Origin: Macrostomum lignano
Taxonomy: Eukaryota
Direction: 5' to 3'
NCBI GenBank assembly: GCA_002269645.1
Contig: NIVC01002527.1
Location: 16,294 to 80,293 of the forward strand
DNA: 64,000 nucleotides
Numbering within the stretch: the stretch's first letter is position 1; every line of letters starts with the position of its first letter. Below the pieces are notes generated by a model. That model ran no database searches, was not told where the DNA came from, and was given only the letters and a program-made list of their open reading frames with translations. Shown piece by piece: positions 1 to 11,721 of the stretch. The position numbers and the translations under genes were made by a program.

Positions 1-816
1 ACCCGCCCAGTTCACCCACAGGACTGCACCACCCGCCCAGTTCACCCACAGGACTGCACCACACGCCCAGTTCACCCACAGGACTGCACCACCCGTCCAG
101 TTCACCCACAGGACTGCACCACCCACCCAGTTCACCCACAGGACGGCACCACCCACCCAGTTAATACACAGGACTGCACCACCCACCCAGTTCACCCACA
201 GGACTGCACCACCCGCCCAGTTCACCCACAGGACTGCACCACCCACCCAGTTCACCCACAGGACTGCACCACCCACCCAGTTCACCCACAGGACTGCACC
301 ACCCACCCAGTTCACCCACAGGACTGCACCACCCACCCAGTTCACCCACAGGACTGCACCACCCACCCAGTTCACCCACAGGACTGCACCACCCACCCAG
401 TTCACCCACAGGACGGCACCACCCACCCAGTTAATACACAGGACTGCACCACCCACCCAGTTCACCCACAGGACTGCACCACCCGCCCAGTTCACCCACA
501 GGACTGCACCACCCGCCCAGTTCACCCACAGGACTGCACCACCCACCCAGTTCACCCACAGGACTGCACCACCCACCCAGTTCACCCACAGGACTGCACC
601 ACCCACCCAGTTCACCCACAGGACTGCACCACCCACCCAGTTCACCCACAGGACTGCACCACCCACCCAGTTCACCCACAGGACTGCACCACCCACCCAG
701 TTCACCCACAGGACTGCACCACCCACCCAGTTCACCCACAGGACTGCACCACCCACCCAGTTCACCCACAGGACTGCACCACCCACCCAGTTCACCCACA
801 GGACTGCCTCACCCAC
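1..816. repeat. 30-bp minisatellite (ACCCACCCAGTTCACCCACAGGACTGCACC)n, truncated by the window edge
   Basis: About 27 near-identical units. Variant pair GGACGG/TTAATAC recurs at 141-170 and 411-440 (270-bp higher-order duplication). Confidence 0.97.
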
Positions 817-1274
817 TTTTCGAAGTACTCGTAAATAAGGTCAGAAGCCGGCGCATGAAAAATTCTTTAAATTCTGTTTGACCTTTCGTGTGAGAGCCGC
901 ATAGGTGCATGTTCTATCTCTATCAGTCAGTTAGAGTAAATAAAGTTTGGGATCAGCTGGCAGACGGGTTTAAACAGGATCTGGAGTTCAGCTTAGTCAG
1001 GGAAGTTGCCTTCAGCTCGCAGATGAAAATCCGCATTCTTATGGGAATTCGCAAACGGAGACGGAGGAATTTAATTGAACCAGTTTGCCATCGCTACAGA
1101 ATGCAGCGGCAGACTCTCTCGACTGAAGTCAAAGATGATGTAAAAAGAAATTGGCGGACGCTGGAGGCCCAGGCCCCACTTCATTGGTTATTATGCGATG
1201 AAATTTCATTCCTAAATGACTGCAGAGTTTTGAAGTGCAGCTTTTGAATTTAAAAAACTGCGAAGAACTGCCAC

Positions 1275-1730
1275 GGCGACCCTGGACTTTTAAATCAACC
1301 CTGGATTTCCAAATCTACCCACGGATTTAATAGGCGACCCTGGATTTCCAAATCTACCCATGGATTTAATAGGCGACCCTGGATTTCCAAATCTACCCAT
1401 GGATTTAATAGGCGACCCTGGATTTCCAAATCTATCCATATATTTAATAGGCGACCCTGGATTTCTAAATCTACCCATATATTTAATAGGCGACCCTGGA
1501 TTTCCAAATCTACCCATGGATTTAATAGGCGACCCTGGATTTCAAATCTACCTATGGATTTAATAGGCGACCCTGGATTTCTAAATCTACCTATGGATTT
1601 AATAGGCGACCCTGGATTTCCAAATCTACCCATATATTTAATAGGCGACCCTGGATTTCCAAATCTACCCATGGATTTAATAGGCAACCCTGTATTTCCA
1701 AATCTACCCATGGATTTAATAGGCGACCCT
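1275..1730. repeat. 39-bp minisatellite (GGATTTAATAGGCGACCCTGGATTTCCAAATCTACCCAT)n
   Basis: About 11.5 units read directly. Confidence 0.95.
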
Positions 1731-2277
1731 AAATCCTAGAGCTACGAGTATAAGGGATAGTTGAAGCCCTAATTGCGCCATCTCCAGGATTCTGACCGTC
1801 CTTATTAAAAAGGTTAACCTAAGATCATCAATCAATAATCATGAACAAGCCTATAATTAAGGAAGAGCTACGGCTTCCAATGGGCTAGGCATATCATTTT
1901 GATTCAGCATAGCGACATCGTCTGCCTTCAACATCAAATACAAGATGTCTTGTTAGACTGAGGCAGAGAGGCAACAGCAGCTGCAATCAACAGGACTTTA
2001 ATACTCGTACCTGACAGAAAAGGGCTCCCAACTCGTCAAAAATACAGGAAGCAAAGTTTGCCTCTGAGAAAACGTAGCGCATCGTGAACGACACGCCTGA
2101 CGAAAAACTTTCATCAAATTATCTGCCAAGTTATCTAACTTTTATCAAAGTCTGGGACCGAGTTTTTATAAATGTCTTATTCTTAAGGAAAATGTTTTTT
2201 TTAAATGCAGCCCTTGAAACCGAGACCTTAATATGATATGATAATCATATTATATAATCCGGATATGATAATCCGGT

Positions 2278-3705
2278 GGCCCAGCACTTAAGGATCTGGG
2301 AGGCTGACCAAGCAACTGAGGATCTGGGAGGCTGGCCCAGCAACTGAGGATCTGGGAGGCTGGCCCAGCAACTGGCACTCTGGGAGGCTGGCCCAGCAAC
2401 TGAGGATCTGGGAGGCTGGCCCAGCAACTGAGGATCTGGGAGGCTGGCCCAGCAACTGAGGATCTGGGAGGCTGGCCCAGCAACAGGATCTGGGAGGCTG
2501 GCCCAGCAACTGAGGATCTGGGAGGCTGGCCCAGCAACTGAGGATCTGGGAGGCTGGCCCAGCAACTGAGGATCTGGGAAGCTGGCACAGCAACTGGCAC
2601 TCTGGGAGGCTGGCCCAGCAACTGAGGATCTGGGAGGCTGGCCCAGCAACTGACGCTCTGGGAGGCTGGCACAGCAACTGAGGATCTGGGAGGCTGGCCC
2701 AGCAACTGAGGATCTGGGAGGCTGGCCCAGCAACTGAGGATCTGGGAGGCTGGCCCAGCAACTGAGGATCTGGGAGGCTGGCCCAGCAACTGACACTCTG
2801 GGAGGCTGGCCCAGCAACAGGATCTGGGAGGCTGGCCCAGCAACTGAGGATCTGGGAGGCTGGCCCAGCAACTGAGGATCTGGGAGGCTGGCCCAGCAAC
2901 AGAGGATCTGGGAAGCTGGCACAGCAACTGGCACTCTGGGAGGCTGGCCCAGCAACTGAGGATCTGGGAGGCTGGCCCAGCAACTGAGGATCTGGGAGGC
3001 TGGCACAGCAACTGAGGATCTGGGAGGCTGGCCCAGCAACTGAGGATCTGGGAGGCTGGCCCAGCAACTGAGGATCTGGGAGACTGGCCCAGCAACTGAG
3101 GATCTGGGAGGCTGGCCCAGCAACTGAAGATCTGGGAGGCTGGCACAGCAACTGAGGATCTGGGAGGCTGGCCCAGCAACTGAGGATCTGGGAGGCTGGC
3201 CCAGCAACTGAGGATCTGGGAGACTGGCACAGCAACTGAGGATCTGGGAGGCTGGCCCAGCAACTGAGGATCTGTGAGGCTGGCCCAGCAACTGAGGATC
3301 TGGGAGGCTGGCCTAGCAACTGAGGATCTGGGAGGCTGGCCCAGCAACTGAGGATCTGGGAGGCTGGCCCAGCAACTGAGGATCTGGGAGGCTGGCCCAG
3401 CAACTGAAGATCTGGGAGGCTGGCACAGCAACTGGCACTCTGGGAGGCTGGCCCAGCAACTGAGGATCTGGGAGGCTGGCCCAGCAACTGAGGATCTGGG
3501 AGGCTGGCCCAGCAACTGAGGATCTGGGAGGCTGGCCCAGCAACTGAGGATCTGGGAGGCTGGCACAGCAACTGAGGATCTGGGAGGCTGGCACAGCAAC
3601 TGAGGATCTGGGAGGCTGGCCCAGCAACTGAGGATCTGGGAGGCTGGCCCAGCAACTGAGGATCTGGGAGGCTGGCACAGCAACTGGGGATCTGGGAGGC
3701 TGGCC
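2278..3705. repeat. 28-bp minisatellite (AGCAACTGAGGATCTGGGAGGCTGGCCC)n
   Basis: About 50 units. The same family recurs at 9665-9980. Confidence 0.97.
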
Positions 3706-4505
3706 GCTCAGTCCGACTAAGAATAGACAATAATGCAGCCAACAGCTGAGCCAAGAAAGGCGAAGAATAAAATGCGATCTTCGAACTTCAACAGCACACG
3801 CTGTACACCGGTGGTCAGACATCTCAAAAAAACCTCACGAGATTCCAGCGTCACTGTCAGAGATCATCACCTTATCTAATGCCTGACGTGTGCGTTTTAG
3901 CATTTCTGACGCGATGAAGCTCGAGTGACAGTCCGGGAGTTGCAATAGTGCAGATGTACTAATAAGCATATGGATAGGTTTCGCCAGCTGTCAGCAGACA
4001 ACTTGAATACAAATGAAAAAAAAGATAAGCCAGCACAGACGGAGACATCCAGCATATTTCGTGCACTGCTGATAAAGCTTAGATGATTAATTATTATTGT
4101 AAGAAACATTTGGCTCGCCTGAGCGAGTGAGAATCAGCAGCTCACTTCAGCGAGGCGGGCAATCACTCTGGATCAGTGCGGGTTTATTACGATCATATTA
4201 ATAGTACGGTGCTGGACAACAGAGGCAGTGAGAATGGTTAAAGCAGAAAACAGAGCCACAGTTCATAAATAACATAGCCGCACAGATTTTCATAAACAGC
4301 CGGCACAACACTGAAGTTGACAACAGGAAGGAAGCAGGAAGCTGAGCAAACAGAGCGAAATGGTAAATTGTACTGCGGTAAACAAACTGCCGACTGCCGG
4401 GGATTACAAAGCAACTGCTTAGGGAAAGAGGGGATGAGTCAGGGGATGAGTCAGGGGAGAGTCAGGGGATAAGTCAGGGGAGAGTCAGGAGATAAGTCAG
4501 GGGAG

Positions 4506-5360
4506 CAGTGGTGTGATTGGAAAGTTTGCCACATTTCGCGCCGACTGAAAATTTTCGCGCCATGCCAATGATATTCTACTGACAGCCAAATAAGTCAATT
4601 GATGACACTTTTGAAGATGCGTCTGCATACATGCGCAACTGCTGGCCGACCTGGCCGATCTGGCCACTGTAAATTGTGGTGGACCAGGGGTAAGTCGCAA
4701 AAATGCCCACCCCAAAGAAGACATAGTACTAATTAGATGACGAGACATTTAGCCCTTATAAGAGAGTCATAGTTACTCCTGCCGTTTACCCAAAATTGCG
4801 TTAATGTTGCTCTAGGGTTTCTTTTACAGGTAAGTCGCATTTTTGGTCAAAAAGTAAGTCGCATGGCCAGTGTAAATCAGGGGGGTTGCGCATGTATGTG
4901 CGTCTGGCTACCAATTAGCATGTCTCTCAAGTCCCAGCCGTGTCCCGCCTGAACTTCTTGTTGGCGATGCTGGGTGGAATCTTTGAATCTGGGCAAATGG
5001 CCATCAGATCCTCGGCAAAGGTCCTCTTTTGATTCGAAGCTGCGATTCTTCAGTGCAATCCTGACAACACATCTGATCTCTGCCACCCTTGCAGGCGTAG
5101 CAGCCACATCTTCAGTGTCACTTTGCTTCTTTGCGACCACGAAAGTCTCCACGAATCTCGAAATTCTCGAGATTAATCTCCTAAGCTATGACATTCTTGT
5201 ATTTCATACTGTCTGACAAGAGAATAAGTGTAAAAAGCAGAAAATAAGAATGCAATTTTCGCGCCCATGGTTCCACAAAATTTCGCGCCAGACCCCCAGG
5301 ATTCGCGCATTCGCGCCATTTTCGCGCCTGGCGCGAATTCGCGCCTGAATCACACCACTG
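4506..5360 (-). mobile_element. Non-autonomous, internally deleted hAT DNA transposon with a transposase remnant
   Basis: 13-bp TIR CAGTGGTGTGATT...AATCACACCACTG and 8-bp TSD CAGGGGAG on both sides. Minus-strand remnant (AEIRCVVRIALKNRSFES...DST/PSIANKKF) resembles the N-terminal DS-IA-KF region of hAT transposases. Subterminal TTTCGCGCC repeats. Confidence 0.85.
4626..4898. mobile_element. hAT-type MITE nested in the 4506-5360 element
   Basis: 14-bp TIR CATACATGCGCAAC...GTTGCGCATGTATG and perfect 8-bp TSD TGCGTCTG. A second family member lies at 23116-23412. Confidence 0.92.
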
Positions 5361-6157
5361 CAGGGGAGAGTCAGGGAGAGAAGAGTCAGGGGAGAGTAAG
5401 GGGAGAGTCAGGGGATAAGTCAGAGAGTCAGGGGAGAGTCAGGAGATAAGTCAGAGAGTCAGGGGATAAGTGAGGGGAGAGTCAGGGAGAGAAGAGTCAG
5501 GGGAGAGTAAGGGGAGAGTCAAGGGATAAGTCAGGGGAGAGTCAGGGGAGAGTCAGGGGATAAGTCAGAGAGTCAGGGGATAAGTGAGGGGAGAGTCAGA
5601 GGATAAGTCAGAGTCAGGGGATAGTCAGGAGATAAGTCAGGGGAGAGTCAGGGGAGAGTCAGGGGAGAGTCAGGGGGATAAGTCAGGGGAGAGGACAACA
5701 CAAATCAGTCAGTCATAAAGCAGCCAGCACAGGGGATGATGCCCAAGTGACGCTTCGCAAATAAAACGGTTCAAAACTGCCTGAAATCCAGGAATCCAGC
5801 ACCAGTGAAAAAGTTGCGCATACAAAAGCGTCGTGAAATTTCAAAATTTTAATAAATTGAAGTCAAGCTGATATTAAACAAATGCTTTGTAAATGTAAAT
5901 CAATAACAGTAGTAGAAAAGGTTAATTAACAAAAATACCTGACCTATAATATTATTATAACCGGGAGATAACTATAGATTATAAATGTAGAAAATTGGTT
6001 ATTAAAGTACATAAAAATGCAAAGCGCCAAGTTAATAAAATCATTTTTAATGCATTGTAGTGCATGATAGTAAAGTTTTTTATTTATTAATTCTTTGGCT
6101 CTGCCCGCCAATCAGTGTGAAGTTCCCGCACACAGCCGCTGCTCTCGGTGAGACCAG

Positions 6158-9100
6158 CTAGCGACCCTGGCCGGTCACGGCGCCAGCATAAGAGCGGCCT
6201 GACGGAGCTCCGGCCTGCCGCTGCTGCTGCTGCTGCGGCGTCGGCAGCGACTTGGACGAAGCCGGCAGCGGTGGGGCGTCAGCAGCTCGATTGTTCACCG
6301 TCAGCGGCCGACGGTCAAGCAGGTTGCCAGAGGCGGACGCGGACTTTGTCGGGTCGGCCAGCTTGTTGGCGGCTACAGCGGCGAAAGTGGCGCGATTTGA
6401 AATTGCGCGCGCTTCCGAAGCTGAATTCTCCAACTCTGCAGCTTCAGGCTTCTTAACGACGGACTCGCCTGAATTAGCTTCAGGCTTCTTGGCGGCAGAT
6501 TCACCTAAAGCTTCAGGCTTCTTGGCGGCGGATTCACCTAAAGCTTCAGGCTTCTTGGCGGCGGATTTGCCTGAAGCTTCAGGCTTCTTGGCGGCGGATT
6601 TGCCTGAAGCTTCAGGCTTCTTGGCGGCAGATTCACCTAAAGCTTCAGGCTTCTTAGCGGCGGATTCGCCTGAAGCTTCAGGCTTCTTAGCGGCAGATTC
6701 GCCTGAAGCTTCAGGCTTCTTAGCGGCAGATTCGTCTGAAGCTTCAGGCTTCTTAGCGGCAGATTCGCCTGAAGCTTCAGGCTTCTTAGCGGCAGATTCG
6801 CCTGAAGCTTCAGGCTTCTTAGCGGCGGATTCGTCTGAAGCTTCAGGCTTCTTGGCGGCGGATTCGTCTGAAGCTTCAGGCTTCTTGGCGGCGGCTTGAG
6901 GCTTTTTAGAAGCGCTTTTAGCTTTTTTCATAGATTTTTTCGAATTGTTGTCGCGTTTTGCCTTCGGCGCCTTCGTCTGAGCCGACGCTGGTCGTTCGGC
7001 AGACTTTGACGCCGCCGACCTGCCACGGCCGCTGCCGCCATTGCCGCTGCAACTGCGCGGCAGCCTCAGCAGAGGCCGCGGCGGGCGAGGAATCTGCCGC
7101 AGCATTGACATCGGCTGCTGCTGCTGCTGCGGCCCGGGAGCCGTTGGGAACTTCGGCGACGAGGAGGCACGAAAACGCGGAACCTGCGGTCGCTGGCGGT
7201 ACTGCTGATGATGCGGATTCTGGAACTGATGCTGCTGCCGCTGCGGAGGCGACGACTTACTAGGAGCGGCAGCGTCGGCGCCGTTGGCGGAGGTCGCGAC
7301 CAGTCGGCCGGCGAATTTCTCGTAGCCGGAGCGGCCGCGATTCTCCAGGGTGCGCTGGACTCGCTCGACCAGGCGCTGCATGGGCGGCACCAGCTGCTGC
7401 TCTTCCAGGCGCCTGGCGGAGGAGGGGAGAGCCAACGTTAAATGAATCGCCAACCAAGGCATAAACTGTTACAGACAGGAAAACAGCAACTCATGAGGCT
7501 GTTACAGACAAGATAACAGCAACTCAAGAGGTTGTTACAGACAGGATAACAGCAACTCAAGAGGCTGTTACAGACAGGATAACAGCAACTCAAGAGGCTG
7601 TTACAGACAGACAGGATAACAGCAACTCAAGAGGCTGTTACAGACAAAATAACAGCAACTCAAGAGACTGGTACAGACAAAATAACAGCAACTCAAGAGA
7701 CTGTTACAGACAGGAAAACAGCAACTCAAGAGGCTGTTACAGACAAAATAACAGCAACTCAAGAGGCTGTTACAGACAGACAGGATAACAGCAACTCAAG
7801 AGGCTGTTACAGACAGACAGGATAACAGCAACTCAAGAGGCTGTTACAGACAGACAGGATAACAGCAACTCAAGAGGCTGTTACAGACAAAATAACAGCA
7901 ACTCAAGAGGCTGTTACAGACAGACAGGATAACAGCAACTCAAGAGGCTGTTACAGACAGGAAAACAGCAACTCAAGAGGCTGTTACAGACAAAATAACA
8001 GCAACTCAAGAGACTGTTACAGACAGGAAAACAGCAACTCAAGAGGCTGTTACAGACAAAATAACAGCAACTCAAGAGACTGTTACAGACAGGAAAACAG
8101 CAAGGGCTCACTTGAAAGCGGGCAGCTGCTGCACCAATTTAGCCTTGCGCATCCCGTCCAGGTTGCGAGCGAAGCAGGCCGTGAACAAATCGTGGTCCTT
8201 GGCCAAGTTAAGCGCCGTCCGATAGAAGGGCTCCTCCGGTTCGGACACCCGTGAATAGGTTCGGCCAGCATTCTCTCCGGACACCGGACAGGGCAGGCTG
8301 ACCCGGGCGCCGGGAAACGGATCCTCGCGGCCGCCCCGGTCCAGCAGGCGGCCGGTGAGGACGCAGACGGCGCTGGAGGCGAAGAAGCCGATGGTGGCGT
8401 ACAGGCGGACCAGGCCGCAGAACTGCTCACCCAGCTGCTCTGTGCTCAGCGGCTCCGGCTGCCATTTGCGCAACGCCTCGGACACCTCGGATTTGCGATG
8501 GCCTCGGGCCAGGGCGCGAACTACGGACGGCGGTACCAGGCCGCCTGCGGCAGAGAGGACATGTGTTGATGTGAATAAACAAAGTGGCAGTGAGTCAGTG
8601 GGTCAATAATTCAGTGGGTCAATAATTCAGTGGGTCAATGATTCAGTGGGTCAATGATTCAGTAGGTCAATGATTCAGTGGGTCAATTTTACAGTAGGTC
8701 AATGATTCAGTGGGTCAATTAGACAGTGGGTCGATGATTCAGTGGGTCAATGACTTAGTAGTGAGTCAATGATTCAATAGGTCAATGATTCAGTGGGTCA
8801 ATTATACAGTGGGCCGATGATTCAGTGGGTCAATGACTTAGTAGTGAGTCAATGATTCAATAGGTCAATGATTCAGTGGGTCAATTATACAGTGGGTCAA
8901 GAGTGGATCAATGAATCAGTAGGTCAATGATTCAATAGGTCAATGATTCAATGGGTCAATGATTTGGTAGGTCAATGATTCAGTGGGTCAATTATACAGT
9001 GGGTCAAGAGTGGGTCAATTATAGTGGGTCAAGAGTTGGTCAATGAGTCAGTAGGTCAATGATTCAATAGGTCAATGATTCAGTGGGTCAATTAAAGTGG

Positions 9101-10280
9101 GTCAAGAGTGGGTCAATGAGTCAGTAGGTCAATGATTTATTAGGTCAATTATACAGTGGGTCAATGAGTGGGTTATCAAGGCCGCACACTCACCCTGCTC
9201 CATGTGAAACAGCACCAGCAGGGCCACAGCGTAGCCGGTCAGCGCTCCCTTACGCCTAATAAGCTGCCTGGACAGCGCCCACTCTCTCGTTACAACGGTC
9301 AGCAGGCGAAAAGCTTCGCTGAGCGAGGCCAGGCCGTTTAACAGGGCCGCGGCTCGCCTATGCTGCTGGCCGCCTCTGCCCAGCCTGACGGAGCAGCGCA
9401 GGTCAGCCTGCCGGTACACGCAGGTGACCACCGACACCTGCCGGCTGTGCATCACCTGGACGCGGATGAATTCGCCTTCACGACGCTGCAGCAAGCCAAA
9501 GATTTGATCCGCCCGCTCGCGGTCGCGGCTGGCCGCGTCGGCCTGCGGAGCGGCTTCCGCTGCGGTGGGCGCATTGGCACCCGTTGGATCGTCATCCGGG
9601 ATCTGCGGGGGGGAAGAGGGGGAGCGGAGCATTGAGTTTGGTAGCTGGTTCGTCTGTGCGGGACCTGTGAGGCTGAACTTGAGGATCTGTGAGGCTGAAC
9701 TTGAGGATCTGGGAGGCTGAACTTGAGGATCTGGGAGACTGAACTTGAGGATCTGGGAGACTGAACTTGAGGATCTGGGAGGCTGAACTTGAGGATCTGG
9801 GAGGCTGAACTTGAGGATCTGGGAGGCTGAACTTGAGGATCTGGGAGGCTGAACTTGAGGATCTGGGTGGCTGAACTTGAGGATCTGGGAGCCTGGTGGC
9901 GACTCAGCAACTGAGGATCCGGGAGGCTGGCCCAGCAACTGAGGATCTGGGAGGCTGGCCCAGCAACTAGGGATCTGGGAGATAACATCCCAAATAAACA
10001 TGCTTAAAAGTGCGACACCGCGTGCAAGAACTCGCAAAGCTAAGGACAGAAGCCTCACCTCAATGGAGAGATCCACACTGGAATTCTTGGAGGCGATGCC
10101 GCTGGCCGAGGAGCCGACCAGGTGCACCGTGGCCTTGGGCAGGGTCTCCGACACCAGCTCGGTGAGTCGGTCGATGGCCAGCTGTCGCTGGGCGGCCTCC
10201 TCAGCCGACAGCAGAATGCAGTTATAAAACGCCTGCAGCTGCTCGCCCAGGCTGCGGTTTGACATGTACTCAGTGCTCAT
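6158..10280 (-). CDS. TENT/TUTase (Cid1/GLD-2/MTPAP-like) nucleotidyltransferase-fold protein, probably catalytically degenerate, with a low-complexity K/A-rich tail (~772 aa)
   Basis: Exons 10280-10059, 9602-9194, 8544-8112, 7412-6158 with GT-AG sites and consistent phases 0/1/2. Motif VHLVGSSASGIASKNSSVDLSI matches the Pol-beta NTase signature, followed by FRLLTVVTREWA...GALTGYAVALLVLFHMEQ (PAP/TUTase core helix region). AATAAA about 75 nt past the stop. Confidence 0.8.
6452..6895 (-). repeat. Coding 33-bp repeat encoding (S/L)(G/D)(E/K)SAAKKPEA, about 13 copies
   Basis: In frame within the last exon of the TENT-like gene. Confidence 0.9.
7465..8102. repeat. 33/37-bp intronic minisatellite (TGTTACAGACAGGATAACAGCAACTCAAGAGGC)n
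   Basis: Fills intron 3 of the TENT-like gene. Confidence 0.95.
8590..9172. repeat. ~16-bp intronic minisatellite (AGTGGGTCAATGATTC)n
   Basis: Fills intron 2 of the TENT-like gene. Confidence 0.92.
9665..9980. repeat. 22-bp (GAGGATCTGGGAGGCTGAACTT) grading into 28-bp units, intronic minisatellite
   Basis: Intron 1 of the TENT-like gene. Shares the GAGGATCTGGGAGGCTG core with the 2278-3705 array. Confidence 0.92.
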
Positions 10281-10469
10281 GGCTGGTGGGCTGCGAGGCT
10301 TTCTTAGAAAATGAGGAAGGAGAAAACATACTGATTTTTAAATGGGAGCACTTCTTCTAGTCTAAGTTCCTAATATTCTCTCTATTCACTATTGTTAAAA
10401 GGCAAAGCTTCTTAAATCCACAAATTCTTTTAATTGCACTATTAAGAGAATTATGCCTACAGCAATTCT

Positions 10470-10682
10470 TAGAAACACACAGCTTCAACCACAGCAATTC
10501 TTAGAAACACACAGCTTCCCCTATTGCAATTCTTAGAAACACACAGCTTCCCCTATTGCAATTCTTAGAAACACACAGCTTCAACCACAGCAATTCTTAG
10601 AAACACACAGCTTCCCCTATTGCAATTCTTAGAACACACAACTTCCCCTATTGCAATTCTTAGAAACACACAGCTTCCCCTA
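10470..10682. repeat. 32-bp tandem repeat (GCAATTCTTAGAAACACACAGCTTCCCCTATT)
   Basis: About 6.5 units between QARS and the TENT-like gene. Confidence 0.9.
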
Positions 10683-11290
10683 AGTTGCTATTGCTAAGTT
10701 GCATTAGTTATTACAAAAATGTTTTGAAATAAGGACACGAAGCGAGAGGCACCGCATCAATCCAAAAGGAGCAAACTGTTAAAGGAAGCGACTCTTAACT
10801 ATCGATTCTGAACTGGTGTACTTGCCATTTAAAATTACTAAGTTAGTCATAAATTAGCAACCAAAAAAATCATTCAACCGCAAATATCAATCTAACATTC
10901 ACGGGATTTTAGCGATCACAATAAATTTTTCCTCGAATACATGGCACAAGTAATCCACGTCGCTTCTAAAAGCAACAAGATTACTGTTGCGAAAATTGAT
11001 TGAATACGTTTAAGCAGTTTACAGTTACACAATTCTGTTTATTTATTTTTTCATTCTGTGTCAGAAGCCCACGAAGAGACAAAGGCTTCACCGCTGCAAA
11101 GCTGTTTGTTTGAGTCCCATTTAAACAAAAAACTTTCTATAGTAGGATTTGAAAAGCCTAATAACAACACGACGGACTCTCAATTAGAGGGCATTAGCAC
11201 AGTTGACTCGAGTGAGCTGATGCTGGTAGAAAAAGAATGGTCCAATTAGCGATTTGACTGTCTTAGAATTACCGTAAAGTCTTTATATAG

Positions 11291-11519
11291 GGTCAGGCGC
11301 TGTGTACTGGCGCACTTTAAGCGACATTGTCATGTCACACAACCGACGAGAGGCATTACTGCCTATTCCGACTCCTCTGAGCAGGCACACATACTTCACT
11401 GTGCCTTGCTGGCAGAGCCAAGCCGAGATTCCAATTTAGCCCGAAACTAATTTGACTGCACTTGGAATCGAGCCTGGACCGCTGGCACATCAAGAGCGCC
11501 CACCAGACCATCAGGCTCT
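11291..11519 (-). mobile_element. tRNA-derived SINE, internally deleted copy of the 43714-44080 family
   Basis: Reverse complement shares CAGGCTCGATTCCAAGTGCAGTCA, AATTGGAATCTCGGCTTGGCTCTGC and CAATGTCGCTTAAAGTGCGCCAG with 43714-44080. Confidence 0.85.
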
Positions 11520-11721
11520 AGCTGTCTAGTGAGACACTGCGAACTAACCAAAACCAAATCAGCTTAACTTCCATGTTTCTCAATTTCAAATTTCTAATTT
11601 TAGAAATCGGTATAAAGTGACTTTTAGTAAAGACCTTTCGAGTTTGTAAAACTACCTTTCCACATGCAGCTCACTTGAGCCAACGGACCAACGGACCAAT
11701 AATTACAGTAAACCAACGTCT

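Larger units (their letters stand above)
4432..5692. repeat. ~11-13-bp AGTCAGGGGA(G/T)A repeat, split by a hAT insertion
   Basis: Units at 4432-4505 and 5361-5692 flank the element at 4506-5360. Confidence 0.85.

Noticed and set aside
161-3822. Repetitive ORFs (GELGGWCSPV, PRSSVAGPASQ and others)
   Set aside because: Translations of 30-, 39- and 28-bp minisatellites with no unique coding context.
909-4109. Unique stretches between arrays (909-1247, 1860-2010, 3720-4110) as exons of another gene
   Set aside because: Frames close quickly, and no consistent splice model or homology was found.
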